Shown here piece by piece: positions 12,824 to 26,015 of a stretch of DNA of 64,000 nucleotides. Each line of letters opens with the position of its first letter. Position 1 is the stretch's first letter. Below the pieces are notes generated by a model. It worked only from the letters and a program-made list of their open reading frames with translations. It had not been told where the DNA came from and did not search any database. The stretch lies in assembly GCA_054600435.1 (NCBI GenBank), contig BAAIJX010000022.1, positions 62,001 through 126,000 on the forward strand. The letters are read 5' to 3'. Source of the stretch: Neophaeotheca triangularis (Eukaryota). Both the position numbers and the translations under genes were made by a program.

Positions 12824-13497
12824 GACGGGTATCTGGGTAATTCCAAGGTTGGAAATTGCGACGACGGCGCGTAAAGTGGAGAAGACCTTGAGGCCAACGA
12901 GCAGGGACAAGTGGGTGGGTCGGGGGTGTGAAGTCGGCAAGATTATATCGCCGTGGGAGCCCACGAGCATGCTGCCTTGCCGGCACCACCCATTAGCTTC
13001 CAGTCGATCCTGTACGAAAAGCTGCCCATTCACCCCAATGCTCAACATCACATACCCCAGCACCTATCCCCCCTTAGTACACAGCACCTTTCCTTTGCAG
13101 CTAGCAGCCACCACACCACCAATTTGATTTACTCAACTTCCAATCCTCACGTATCGTGTGTCCAACTACGACGGCAACTGGGGTGAGAGCTTGACGTTCA
13201 TGCCCTACGATGAGAAGAATGTCCCCTGGCTCGGGGAGAGTGAATGACCTCCCGCATTATCCGATACCAGAAGTTCACTTTGAGTCGGCATCTCCGGAGT
13301 GGCTAAAGGCGTTAGGCGTGGAAAGAAAGAAGGAGAAGGTCGACACGAGCGACGAAGCGGTTGCGTAAAGGATTCGGAAAGCAACAACCAAGAAATTACC
13401 AGAGCAAAGTCTCAAGTGTAAGTTTCTTCATGAGCTACAATATGTACAATACCATCCAAATCATAACCAACGCCCCTACGTCCCACTCAGCAAAGCC

Positions 13498-14328
13498 CTA
13501 AAACTTCTCCTGCGCCGGTCTCAAATCCAACTCATGCGTCCACAACTCGGGCGCCTGCTGCACCAACTGCAGATAAACCCTCCCAGCCGCAGCGGCACTC
13601 ATCTTCTTCCCCGTCCGGACATCCGCGTCCCCCTCATCCGCCACAATATGCCCGTTGGCAATCGTATGAACGACATGCACGCCCTTCTCGCTCAGCTCCC
13701 TCGCCATGGACTGCGCCAACTGCCGCACGCCGGCTCTGGCAGCCCCGTAAGCAGCGAAGTTGGGATTACACTTGAGAGCGCCGGTGACGCCCGTAAAGAT
13801 GAGGGTGCCCTTTTTGGCAGAACCCTCGGCGAGAGTGCTCTCCCCGTGATCGCGAAAGAAGCGCTGCGTCGCCAGCTGGCTGAAAGCGAAGGCGCCGCCG
13901 ACATACGTCGTCAGATGGTCTGTGAAGTGGTGGTGGGTTTCTTCCAGGTAGGGGACGCGGCTGGGGGATTTGACGTTGTAGATGGCCGTGGACAGTTTGA
14001 GGTCGGCGAAGGAGGGGTGTTTGTCGATGGCTTCGAAGGCCGAGGCGAGTTTGTCGGGGCTGGTGTCTGAGGTGAAGGTTTCGCAGACGGCGCCGGGGCA
14101 TTGGGATTGCAGTTGGGAGCGGAGGTCGTTGAGTTTGTCTTGGTTGCGGGCGAGTAGGGCAATGGCTAGGTTGCCTTGTTGGGGGTGCGCGAGGGCGCGG
14201 GCGATGCCGTGGCCCTGAAAAGGTTTGGGTCAGTTATTGGGAAAGTGGTGGGGTGTGAGGTGGCGGTGATGAGGGTTTACCAAGACTGGACCGGCGCCGA
14301 GGAGGATTGCAAGGCCGGCAGGTGCCAT
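13498..14328 (-). CDS. Short-chain dehydrogenase/reductase; intron 14215-14280
   Basis: GAGPVLGHGIA Rossmann motif, LIFTGVTGAL, YGAARAGVRQLAQSMARE and VHVVH; C-terminus WTHELDLRP. Confidence 0.88.
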
Positions 14329-14724
14329 TTTGATTGATCTGAAGAAAATTTGGTGAGAAGATGTATTCTAAATGTTGGGCAAGGAGGATCAAATAGAAAG
14401 CATCATCAAGCATATATATATTCGACAAGGTGTCCGACCCGTGGACCTCGAGCTCCCGTCGACGACAACAGTGCTTCACGTCATCGCGCATTGCAGATCA
14501 ACACCTTCTTTCAACCTCACCCGTTCCGTTAGAGCAAGGTCATATAAAGCTTTTCTCTTTCACGTAAATCCATGATACCTTTCTGAAAAATTCGTATTCA
14601 ACGCAGAACAAACTATCGAAGGTGTACGCTACGAAAAGCAGCCGACGTCTCTCCCAAACAAACCCAGACGCAGATTCTAAACACGCCAAAAACTCCAGCA
14701 CCATCAAAACGACCCCCAATCCTT

Positions 14725-16542
14725 TCACGACTGCTCGCTAAGCTGCAAAAAAACCGGGTCGAGATTCACGGGCCAATGCTCGAAGACCATGGGCTCGGTG
14801 AAGTTGAAATCACTGTCCGGAAAGGGCACGGCGGCATCATCAGCCAGATTCGCAGAGACACTCGTCTGCAGGAACTCCTCCTCTGGCAATTCACCCAACG
14901 TCAAAGTCTGGCTGCACGCTAGAGAATTCTTCACGGCCGGCCGGGGAGATGTCGTAACCCAGACTTGAGCGCCGGAAGCCATGGGATCTTGTGTCCTTGG
15001 CGCAGAAGCAAGGCCGGCAACGTCGCTCTGCATGGGATCGGCCCTGGCGAGATCGTAGCCGAACGGCGCCAGGTCGGCGTTGTCGTCCATTACTGGCGCC
15101 GACTCTGGCGCGGGGAGCAGCTCTTGCGAGGTTGCGAACATGGGATTCATTGTCTCTGGCGTGGGGTCGAGGCCAACGTCGACATATCCTGGCACCTCGA
15201 AGCTCGAGAATTCGCCATTGGGCGGCTGCCGCTCGAGCTGAGCGCCATTCATCGGGGGTGCGTCGGCTGCCGGGGACGGATCTTCTTGTTCCGAGAAGTA
15301 AGAATCTAATACTCCCGGCGAGAATTCGAAACCTGCGGAATCGTTCTGCGCCGAATCCATGCTCGAGAAATTGAAATCGGCCGCCTGAGGGTCGGCCTGG
15401 TCGAACGCCATCTGGCCTGCATCAAGCGCTGGGGACGGATCCTGCAATGCCTGGGGCATGGGGTATGCTGCCCCCGACGCAGTATCGGCGTCGGAAAAGT
15501 CCCACTGCGCCACCCCGAAGCCTGAGAAACCGTTGTCGTTCGGCGGCAGGCTTGCATTGGCTTGCCCTATTAACGGCGCCTGAGCTGCTGGGGACGGATT
15601 CTGCGGCACCAGAGGCATGCGATACAGCCCCTCGGGCGCAGCACCGAGGTTGGAGATGGCGTACATCGCAGGCTCGAGGCTCGAGGGTTTGCCGTAGCCC
15701 TGCATCGTGCTGGCGTTGGACAGGGCCATTGACGGAGTGCGACTCGCCTGTCGCCAGCTTTGGGGGGGTGTTTGGGTGTCAAGTGACGTCCCCTGCGTCA
15801 CTCCCCAACCCAGCGGTGCTTGCGCCATTGACAAAGGCTGCTGGTGCAGTTGCTGGTACTGCTGCTGGTGCTGGTGCTGTTGCATTGGCTGTGGAGGCAC
15901 CATAGCCGGCCGGGAGTAGGCGTTGACGGCCTGGGGTGGCATGCTCCCTTGTTGCCGCGGCAGAATTGGACGTTGCGGTTGCGACACTACTTGGACTGGC
16001 ATGCCGGAAGCAGCAGCAGCCTGAACAACCGTGTTTCGCAGCATCGAGTAGTCGCGGGGAGATTCATCCACGGCTCGGGACAAGCGCTGTCTCTTGGGCG
16101 TCGGGGTGGGAGTAGGCAGAACGCTGTCCATGGACTGAGCTGGACGAATCATCTTGACCGCCGGCGTGCTCGAGCCGAAAGGAGACAACTGTTCGGTCAT
16201 CGGCTCGAGTTGCTCACCCATGCAATTGGACACAAAGATCCTATACTCGCCCTTGTCTTGGAACTCAAAAGTACAGTCTCTACCGACACCATGCTCGCTG
16301 TAAGACGAAACTGTCAGCCGGTTTGTTTCAAAAACGTAGGCTGTGTGTTGGATTCGAGGAACTTACAATCTTTTGCCATTGCGATTACGACGTTCGACGA
16401 AACTGTAGGGAGGACGGCCGTAGTAAAGGAAAGTCGATTTGTAAGGCTCTCCGGCACGCTGTTTGGATGAAGGACCTGCAGGCTGTTTGGCGGAAGTTCC
16501 GGAAGGCTGTTTGCGCTTGATGCTGCGGTTGATGGTCGACAT
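14725..16542 (-). CDS. Hypothetical protein: basic N-terminal domain followed by long Q/P-rich and acidic low-complexity regions; intron about 16298-16364
   Basis: Exon 1 (MSTINRSIKRK...NGKRF) splices GTAAGT...TTACAG in frame into the 502-aa ORF. Confidence 0.7.
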
Positions 16543-17894
16543 GGTTGGTATCGATATAAAAGGTAATTGTAGTGAGAAGAGCAATCGAGCAGTGGGTTCA
16601 GTAAGTATAGTTTTGGACAGTGTGGAATGTGTGCAGCGATAGAGACATCAAAACCGAGGGGAATGAACTCTTATACGTCGACTGGAACGAGCGCAGGAGA
16701 TGAGGACTTCAGAGCGATACCCACAATGGTATGGAACAAACGAGCACGAGAGGTGAGGTCTTTAGAGCGATACCCAAACGGGTTCGCGAGAGTTTGGTAA
16801 GCAGTCTTTTGCACATCAATTCTCGCGATTCGTATTGACAGGCAGTGTGAGTGGTATCGTTGACACGTTCGAGGACATTTGCGTCGTTGCTGACGGTACA
16901 GAACGCCACATTTCAGATCTCAGCTATACCACGGACACTCGACCGGCGAGCGATTCCAGAGAAGTCGAAGATACCTAACAGACCAAACTGCGTCCTCAGC
17001 CAATGGGGGATAAAAGCGAGTATCGAACTAGATCGATGTATTCGGTAGTGAGAGAGAAGCGACGCTTCGACGTACCGTTTTCTAGCCACCAAACAGCAAC
17101 GCGACCAGAAAAGCGATCGAATACCACCATTCACCACCCTCGGCAACTACAACAATCAAAGCCAGCCGACGACAACCCATCTCGCGCACCCTAAAAGAAG
17201 TTTACTAGACCGCCGAGATCCACAGCGAGCAACAAAACGACCAAAACCGCTTCACAGTTACTAGCGGGCGGCAGATGCCCAGACCCCTCGATGGCAGTAC
17301 ACGAGTACCTACTTGTTCTACCACGCGCAACTGGCTCGCGAGACCGCACGACTACCCATCTTGCATTCATACGACACCGGCATGTTGAAGCGCTAAGATG
17401 GTGTTTTAACCCAGTTGTAATCTGCCTTCTCTCGGGTGCAAAATGCAAAGAATCCATCGCGGCAACGCGGCGACGGCCACCCAACCGTCACCCAAAGCGC
17501 ACCCAAACCCGACAGTCCGGGTCCCTTAAAAGCGGGAGTCGCAAGCCAAAATGAGCTTAAAGTGAGGACATCCCAGGACTTTGTTTAGAGCTGGTAAGCT
17601 GGGATTGAGACGGCTGTGGTTGGTGGCTTTGACATTGATGGTTGGAAATAATGTGATAGCGAGCTTTCTCCCTTATACATGGGACGTTTAGGGTACTGTG
17701 TGTCAATGCTACTTGACCAGAATATGTTGTAGCTACATGCAGCAAGCAGAGCGAGGACGTCTCTGACTTAGGTGAGCAAAATCAATCCTCTTACTCAGCG
17801 AGGGCGAACGCAAGCACAGTTCCGGCACCTCTATCCCCATGTCCTGCACCCCTCATACCAGCACACTATAACCCCACCCTCAAGCAGACTACTC

Positions 17895-20800
17895 CTAGTA
17901 TTCGCCGTCCGGATCCTCCATCCCGCCACCCATAGACTCCGACTTCCTGCCTCCCTTCTTCGCGCGCTTCCTCGGCGAATCCCCAGCTACAGCACTAACA
18001 GACTTCCGCTTCCTGCCCTTACCTCCTCCACCGCCACTAGGCGGCAGACTAGGACTCTTTCCGTTAGTGCTTTCGCTGGGCGTATCGTAACCAGCCGCAA
18101 CAGCAGCGCCTTCGGCATCACTACCGCTGGCATCGACGCGCACTTCGGTGTCAACGGAGATGAGCTCGGCAAAGTGCGCGCAGAGGGCGTGTTGCGCTTG
18201 CGGGGTTGTGGGAGTTGTGGGTGAGAGTTCTTGTAGACGGTGGAGGTAGGCATCGGTGAGAGAGGCGGTGTTGGTGGCGCGGGTGGGGACTTTGGCATTG
18301 TCTTTGGCAGTGGGCTTGGACGATTTACCTCCTGCAGTGATCGTGGCGGTGTGTTTTTGCAAGTTCCACGACCGCCGTATGAAAGTGCGTGTTTCCCAAA
18401 TGAGGTAGAGGGTTTGCGCGCAGGTGGCAAGGTGGTGCAGACGGGAGGGGTCGATCGCGGTCTGGGGACGGGGATCTGTGAGCAGGGTGTCGGACGTGCC
18501 GTTGTTGTCCTGGGCCACGGCGATGGTGTCGGGGTCCATCTTGATTTGAATTTGCAGTATCTCGCTTTCGATACTCTGGGCGACCGAGGTGCCGGTTGTT
18601 GCGAACGCCTTTTCGAGCGCGGAGACCAAGTGTAGCAGCTCGTCGACGCGGTCGTACTCGAAAAAGGCCAGATTCTCCGTGCAGAACCTTGTCAAGATTA
18701 GATGCTCGGGATATGTGACGGCGGTGTCGAGCTTCGCAGGATCAAAATCGAGTTTCTGGCAAATGTTGGTGAGAAACTTCTTTCTAACTTTCGCGCTGCC
18801 GCTCTTTAACACATCCCAGAGCAAGTGCAACTTGGAGACGGGTGGCTTGCCAGTCGAACCCGTGGGATCACCAATGACATGCTGCTGGTAAGTAACAGCT
18901 TGCTGTATAGCACGCATATATTCCTTCTCCAGCATGCTTTCATGTTTGTGATGCAGAGCGCGATGTTCCGCGAAAGCGCGGTTGGCAATGTCCGGGATCG
19001 GACACGTCTCGAGAGCGACGAGCGCGGGCCCGCTTTCCTTGGGATGTACAAGACCTTGACGATTGATGCTGGCGATGAGCTTGGTCGCCACCAGCGCCAT
19101 CTCATCACAAGACGCCAAAGCTAGACGAAGCATATCTGGTAGGAAACGCTGCGCAATCGAAGTTGCGGCGCCGTCTTGATCTGAAGCTTGGTATGTCTTA
19201 CCGAGACGGTCATCGCCAGTGGCCACTCCGCCGCCAATGGCAATTCCCTCACCCGCACCGCTCGAGTCGTCATCCTCACAATAAAAGCCTTCGAGGCCTC
19301 GCAGTAAGACCAGCTCCAGCGATGGCACGGCATCTTTGAAAACAAGCTCAAAGGCGGTAGTGACATCTCGGCGAACAAACTGGCTCGGCCAGGCCTGCGA
19401 AACGCGACAAACAGCCTCCAGCGCGGCTTCACGGACAGCAAGCGGACGCACGGGGCTGGTGTAGCTGCAGAAAATCTCGACAGCAAGGCCGGGGACGCTG
19501 TTGCCCTCGTACCACGTAAAGCGATTCTTGAAATTGTTCAGACGCTGGGTGAGATCGCAGGCTTTGATGAAATGACCAGCGATAGCTAGCAAGCGCGTGA
19601 CCTTGCCCGCCGTGGCTTGATCGGCTGTCAAATTCACACGCCGAGACTTGTCGACGTTGGTGAGGACAGAGATCATGAACTTCTCGAGCTTTTCCGTGTT
19701 CTTGAGGATGCCGTCAATAGTCCAGAGACACGGCGCGACTTCTGCGAGCTCCGCTTGCGGTATCTTGGGAACGCTTGCGAGCAGGGATTGCTGGATCTTC
19801 ATCAGAAACTCTGGTCGGAGGTTCATCTGATGCGGCATCACGTAGCGGAAGATGGTGATGACCGAGCGGTAAATCACCAGGTCGTCACTGTTGATGAGAT
19901 TTTGCGTGTACGGCTCAAGACGCTCAAGTTGCGAAGCTGTAAACAGTGTCGGTTCGGCTTTGGCGAAGATAGTGAGCGATCGCAAGACAGCATCCTGGGA
20001 TGGTCCATCGGTAGCGCCGCCGCTGTCGATAATGGCGTCAAAATGCATGGCAATAAGGACCTTACAGACCCGCTCATTGGCAGCTGAAGCTTTCGATTTG
20101 TTCAAGACCTCGTGCAATAGCGATTGCAAGACCTTGAATACCTTCTCGCCGAGCTCCACCGTCTGCACGATCAAAAGCATCTGCGATTTGTACTTGAGCT
20201 TGGCTTGTACCGCGCCATCACCTTCAATCTTCATGGCGTGGAAAGGCTGGAACCAAATCTCTTCCATGGTTAGCCTCGCAAGCTCAGTGACGCCCTCATC
20301 GGTATCCTGAACGCGCGTGATAATGGCGTTGGCGATCGCTGAGCGCAATGCCTTCGAGTCATTGCGAAGGTAGATCTCCTTGAGTAATTTCAAAGCACGC
20401 TTGCGCACACCCACCGCGGCGTCATGGGTGCGCTCGACGACCTTTTCGCACACTGTACCGTCGAGACGAGGTCGCAGCGAGACGCACTTGGCAATCAAGC
20501 CCAGAGCAGAGTCTCGCACAAGCGGCGATGCGTCATTGCAGCAGCGGAAGATGTAGCCCAGAACATACTCGCTACGGTCCAGTAAAGAGGGGTCTTGTTC
20601 CAGCAGGGTGACGACGCTCTTGAGGCCACGACTCTTGATGGTGGGTGCATCGCTTTTTGTAGCGGTAAGTAGAATACTGAACAAGCGCTTGAAAGCCTTG
20701 CAGAAGCGGGAATTCAGCGTGACGACTGCGGCGGCTAGACGGCCTTCCGCCGTTGCCACTTCGGGGAAGTCGTATTGTTCTTCAAGCCAGTGCGTGTCGA

Positions 20801-23545
20801 GAACCATGCTACGGATCTTGTTTTGCAAGTCTTTGTGAGCGTCTGAGTCAATCTCGCCCGGGTCCGCAGAGCCTTCTCGACGGTCCCAGAAGTGGTGCGC
20901 CCACTGCGTCAGGAGGAGACCGCGAGCTGTTTGAAGCTGCGCATCACCGGTATCTCGGCCATGGAGATATTCCAAAATGATCCGGAATGGTCCCTCAAAG
21001 CTGAGGAAGGCAGCGCTGATCTCTTCGCCTCGTTCAATCTGCTCAGCCATTTGAACAAGCTTGCCAGCAATTGTGGGCTCTTGGACATCTAGACTCTTGG
21101 CTGCTTTGCTGGCTGTAGCATGGAGCTCGAGAATACCTGAGCCCATCGTACCCAAGAGCTCAAGAGCTAGCAGACGTGAGGGCACAGCGTTTTTGGGGTT
21201 CTCAGCAAGATTGATCATAGATCCCAAAAGCGTCCTCAGTAGCATCTCAGCAGCCGGCCAGTCGGGAGAGCCCAAGACGTTCAAGAAGTCTTCAGTGAAG
21301 ATGTCGAGAAGTTTGCGGTACGGCTCGTCACTAGACTTCGACGTCGACAATGCACGCTGCACGAGTACTTTGATAATGTAGGAAGCATTCTGCTGGGCCG
21401 AGTCGTAGAGCGGCTTAGCGACGCTCTCCAAATTACCCGACTTTTGGACCTTCTTTGATGGCGTGACTTTGATAACATCTTCGTCTTCCGACTCGTCCTC
21501 GCTTTCTTCATCGTCAGCAGAAGCGTCGGTGTCCGAAGCCTCGGCTTCTTTTTCCTCGCGCTCGTCCACACTTTTAAGGTGAAGGGCATCACTGGTCTTA
21601 GTAGCGCTGGTCTGCACCAAACGCATCAATAGAGCAGACACGAGCTGTATTGGCTTCGCATCGATGAGCTTGTATTGACGCGAGCTCTGCTTGGTCGCTG
21701 GCAGCTTCTCAAGCGACAGCAAGATCTCGTCGAAAATGAATTGGCGCTGGTCGACATGCTTTGTGAAGATTTGAGCGAGCACATCCATAGCACTTTTGCG
21801 CATCGCTTCGAAAGTCTGAATGCCAAGCGCAGATTCCCTCTCGCTGCTACCATTCTCGGCGAAAATGAGAGTTTTGCAGAGATACTCGACGCTCGAAATG
21901 CTCTGCTCATCAACGTCAGTCTTCACAAGCAGCTCCCCCAGGAGTCGCAAGCATTTAGTCGCGCTTGAGATCAAGGTCTGGAGGGACTTCCGGTTCGAAG
22001 CTGCCACCGCGAACTTGGGGTTGCTGGACGCTTTTTCGCCCTTGACCTTATCGCCGCTGCGCTCTTCGATGATTGGCAGTATTCCCATTTCCACAATCCT
22101 GACCACGGAGTCTAGCACTGCTCGAAGGAAATCTTCCGACTGCAGCTCTTTCTCCCGACGCCCAGCGGTCATGATTCGGAGTAGCGCTCTGGAAGCACAC
22201 AGTGAGTTCTCGGCTCCGGCAACCTTGGCGGTCCACTCCTCGACATCCTGTAGACTCCAATCCTCGCCGATTTGAAGAGCTGACGCCTCGACTGCCCTGA
22301 CACCGTTCTCGCATATCTTCTGCACCCGGGCAAGATCCTCGACTGGTGCACTGTCGAGTCGACTACAAGCGGCAGCTTTGCGAACAGCAGTTTCAAGAGC
22401 CTTTTGCGTTTCTATCTGCAGTACTGGGACTTGGCCATCTTCAGTGTGTTTGATAGTAAACGTTTTGATTGCACCCACAGCGACAACACCGGAGGTGTCG
22501 GGTTGCAAGTGATCCTCGGCCTCGAAAATGTGCTGCATGACCGACTGGAGATGCTGAGCTGCGGCGTCTGCCTTTTGGCGCTGGTCAACGGTGAGCGAAG
22601 GGGCTCCGTTGATGTTTGCCTCGCGGCTTTTGGCGCCTGCAACCACGATTTTGTCGTCGGGAATGTACTGATACTCTGCACGTTGGGCTGATGTGACAGT
22701 GGGTCCTACTACGACTGCTTGCATGCGCATTTGCTGAGAAGCAGTAGGTGGCGCGGACGAGGTGGGAGTTTCCTGAGCATGCTGTCGAACCGGGGACGTC
22801 TTTTCATCATCGTTGAAAGCAGGGGTCGGCAGCTTTGCTTTGGAGGTTTTGTGGTAACCGTTGATCTTGGACTTCTTCTCCGCTGATCGTGTATCAGGGG
22901 ATACTGGCGTGACATAGCGGTATGGCGCATTAGTAGATTCGAAGACCATTTTGGCAAAAGGGCTCAGAGCTGGCTGTTTGGCGGATACTGCGTTGCTTGG
23001 CCCATTCGATGGCTGCTGGCTGCTGCGTGCCTTGAAGTGGCTGCCTGGTGTTAGCTCGGAATTTCAGTGAAGGGGAAATATCACTACTCACATCTCAGTC
23101 AAAGTGGTAGGGTCCAAGAGCTTCTGTACATCACGTAGAGTCTGTCGACAACGCTTCGATGCGGTTTCGGCGTTTGCAGCACCAGCACTCAGCCTCTCAA
23201 GCGTTCGTTGCGCACTTGCTCGGTCCTCTGGTGTTGAGAAGGCGGAAGTCGTGCTCGAAGGCAGAGCGACTGGAGGTGGAACAATATCTGCAAGGCAAGG
23301 TCGAAGAGTTAGTCAATGATGCTTGAGTTAGGAAGGGTAAAGGCGGATGACGTGTATTGGGATGCTTCACCGACACTGAGGCTGCACTCACTGGGATCAA
23401 AGGGAACGATTGAAGAGAATGGCGTGAAGGGCAGTGCTTCGGCGACGGTGGGCATGCGAGCATGATGCAGTTCACTGCCGTTTGCACCTTGAGAGGGGAG
23501 GTTCTGAGGCTGCCTGTAGCGGTTTGGGTGACCGTAAGCGTCCAT
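17895..23545 (-). CDS. SCC2: Cohesin loader Scc2/NIPBL (Mis4); two 5' introns (about 23288-23391 and 23045-23091)
   Basis: TVAEALPFTPFSSIVPF N-terminal motif; HEAT region SPLVRDSALGL, VGVRKR and DWPAAEMLL; C-terminal QGLVHPKE...LVALET. Confidence 0.92.
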
Positions 23546-24073
23546 TTTGATGTTGTTGCCCTTCTCCTCCTACTGTTCCATATGGCCCGAAACTCTTGAT
23601 ACCATGTAGCCAGTATGGCGTTCCCTAGACGGTGCGGCGCATTGATGATCGGAGGTGGTAGAGTGCGTTGGAGTAGGGTCGAATCGGCGAGTCTCAAATC
23701 ATTGTCTCGGAACAAAACACGTCTCCATAACACATCCGTCTCTTGCGGTGCTCGATACCGTGTCGCCGAAAGGAAGTGTTCCACCAAGAAAGTAGGTATG
23801 ATCGTGGGCAACGTAGTGTAGCCGTAAAGAGGTGTCGTCCAAACCACCGCGACCCCAAAAGGCAGCCGCGCCTGACTCGCGTCTCCGGAGCATCACGAAG
23901 TCAGGCTTCCGCTCGCCAACGACATGCCGTCTTTTTCCCTCAATTTTCCAGACCACCTATTCTCAGCCTCACTGCTCTTGAACACAGCGACTCACTCACG
24001 CATAGTCAGTTGGGACGTCCTCTGACACTCTAAACCTTCACTCACAGCCAAGGAAACACCTGACTTCGCGATC

Positions 24074-24498
24074 ATGAGCGTAATCGGTTCACTCGTCTTT
24101 TGCACAGACTGCGGCAATCTGCTCGAGGCCAACACCAGTCGCAAAGCCTACATCACGTGTGATGTGTGCGGGACCTCAAACAAAGGTTGGCTGCTTCCAA
24201 TTGTATGCATGTCTGCAGAAGTCTCTAATAATTCGTAGACACATCCTCCAAAACCGTAGTCACAAGCTCCAAGCCCTCGGCATTTCCTTCGACCCTGCGC
24301 ACGCGTTTGCGCTCCGACGTCGCGGAGGCGGTCGAGGGCGAGGAGCAGGAGACGGAAGCGACGATCCGCGAGCCCTGCGAGAAGTGCGGCTGTCCTGAAG
24401 TCACCTACCACACGAAACAGCTGCGTTCTGCGGACGAAGGATCGACGGTTTTCTTTACGTGCCCGCAATGCCGGCACAAATGGAACACTAACAACTGA
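24074..24498 (+). CDS. RPA12: RNA polymerase I subunit A12.2; intron 24186-24238
   Basis: MSVIGSLVFCTDCGNLL...CDVC N-terminal zinc ribbon and CEKC...QLRSADEGSTVFFTCPQC TFIIS-like ribbon. Confidence 0.95.
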
Positions 24499-24621
24499 GG
24501 TGATTCTGCACCTTGCATTGTCACAATTTCCAAGATCAAAGTCTAACGAGGCAAAACCCTTGGATATGTTTATCGAGAAATCCCTAAACCTGTGCAACTC
24601 CCCCTTCCCCCGGTGGCAAAC

Positions 24622-25638
24622 TCAAGCCGCTTGGCCCACAGGAACAGTCGCATACTCCATCCCGCCACTCCGCTCAAACTCCGCCATGTCCAGCGCCACC
24701 AAAATGCTCTCGCGAACGACCTGTTCGGGGTCATTGACAAACCGCTTCAGCGTTTCTTCAACCCCCTCTTCCTCGCCCAAACTCCCCAGTGCCTCGGCAG
24801 CCTCATGCCGCACCATACTCGCCTCTTTGCCATCCGCCAGCACAGTACTCAAACTCGGGATACTGGCCGGGTGGCTCAGCTGACCAAAGACAAACGCAAT
24901 TTCGTGCCTGAACAGCGCACTCGGATCGGCGAAACCCCGTGCGAGAGCTTGCACAGCGGGCACGGCCGTAGGTAGATCGGGAGGAGAGCAAAGGTCGCGG
25001 AGCGCAAACATGGCACGGTAGCGCTCGAAGAGCGGCAGCTTGGTATCCAGTAGCGTGCGCTCGAGAGCGCCAATATCAGGGGCGGCGCCATCAGCGGCAG
25101 CGGCGAGAGGCGGTGCGGGATCGATACTAGCAAAATCACTCTGTTTCAACTTCTCCAACCTACGCGCCTCGCTGTGCTCCCACTCGATCCTCGCGACGGC
25201 GAGATCGCACGTCTCACGCACCACGTCCACCTCGTTGACATCGTCGCGGCGCTGGCGAAGGAGCTGAAGACTTCCCTGGTCGCCCAGCGCGCCTAGAGCT
25301 TCCGCCGCTTCGTGCCGGCACATGCTGTCTTCATCTCTGTCGTCGACGAGTTTCTGCAGCGGGGCCACGGCTTCGTCTTTGCCCGACTGGCCTAGGCAGT
25401 AGGCGAGTTCGTGTTTGAGGAGGGCAGAGGGTGAGACTAGGGCGGCGGCTATGGCATCGATGGCTGGGATGGTTTGGGTTGTCGGTGGAGAGAGGGCGGC
25501 GAGGTGTTTGAGGCTGAAGAGGGCGCGAAAGCGGGCGGCAAGCGAGGCTGATTCGTTGGTGAGGGTTTTGCGAAGCGTGAGGACTGTTGTGTCTGGGGCA
25601 GTCACATTGTCGTCTGTGGGGATTGCTGAGGGTGACAT
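24622..25638 (-). CDS. LIA1: Deoxyhypusine hydroxylase (DOHH)
   Basis: RFRALFSLK plus four His-Glu motifs (LKHELAY, CRHEAAEALG, FRHEIAF, VRHEAAEALG). Confidence 0.96.
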   Translation of the reverse strand: MSPSAIPTDDNVTAPDTTVLTLRKTLTNESASLAARFRALFSLKHLAALSPPTTQTIPAIDAIAAALVSPSALLKHELAYCLGQSGKDEAVAPLQKLVDDRDEDSMCRHEAAEALGALGDQGSLQLLRQRRDDVNEVDVVRETCDLAVARIEWEHSEARRLEKLKQSDFASIDPAPPLAAAADGAAPDIGALERTLLDTKLPLFERYRAMFALRDLCSPPDLPTAVPAVQALARGFADPSALFRHEIAFVFGQLSHPASIPSLSTVLADGKEASMVRHEAAEALGSLGEEEGVEETLKRFVNDPEQVVRESILVALDMAEFERSGGMEYATVPVGQAA

Positions 25639-26015
25639 TTTGGGCAGATTGTATCTGGTTTTTGGTGGAGGGTGGGTCTCTTGTATGTATTTTTGTTGTA
25701 TTTATCAGATGGGTGGGTGACTTAAAGATTGTAAAGATGCAGGTGGTATGATTTTGTGGTCTGAATCTGAAAATAATGCGGGGTCTTCAAAGCATGTGAA
25801 AGTGGGGCATCGGGTTGTCCAAAATGTCTCTCGGTACCGCTTGCCGGACAGGGACACCTACCTACAAGCAGCCCAGATACCTACCTAACCCACCTTTCAC
25901 TATATTACATGCTCAGAATCGAAGTGTACCTTATCGTGTACCTTGCCGAACCGAACAATTCGCAGCCAAGTATTTCCGACCCCAACATCGATCCCATCCA
26001 CCCATACCTATAACC

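Noticed and set aside
7731..14328. FAD oxidase + BTB-like gene + SDR as a secondary-metabolite cluster
   Set aside because: No backbone enzyme, transporter or Zn2Cys6 regulator nearby; the flanks are housekeeping genes.
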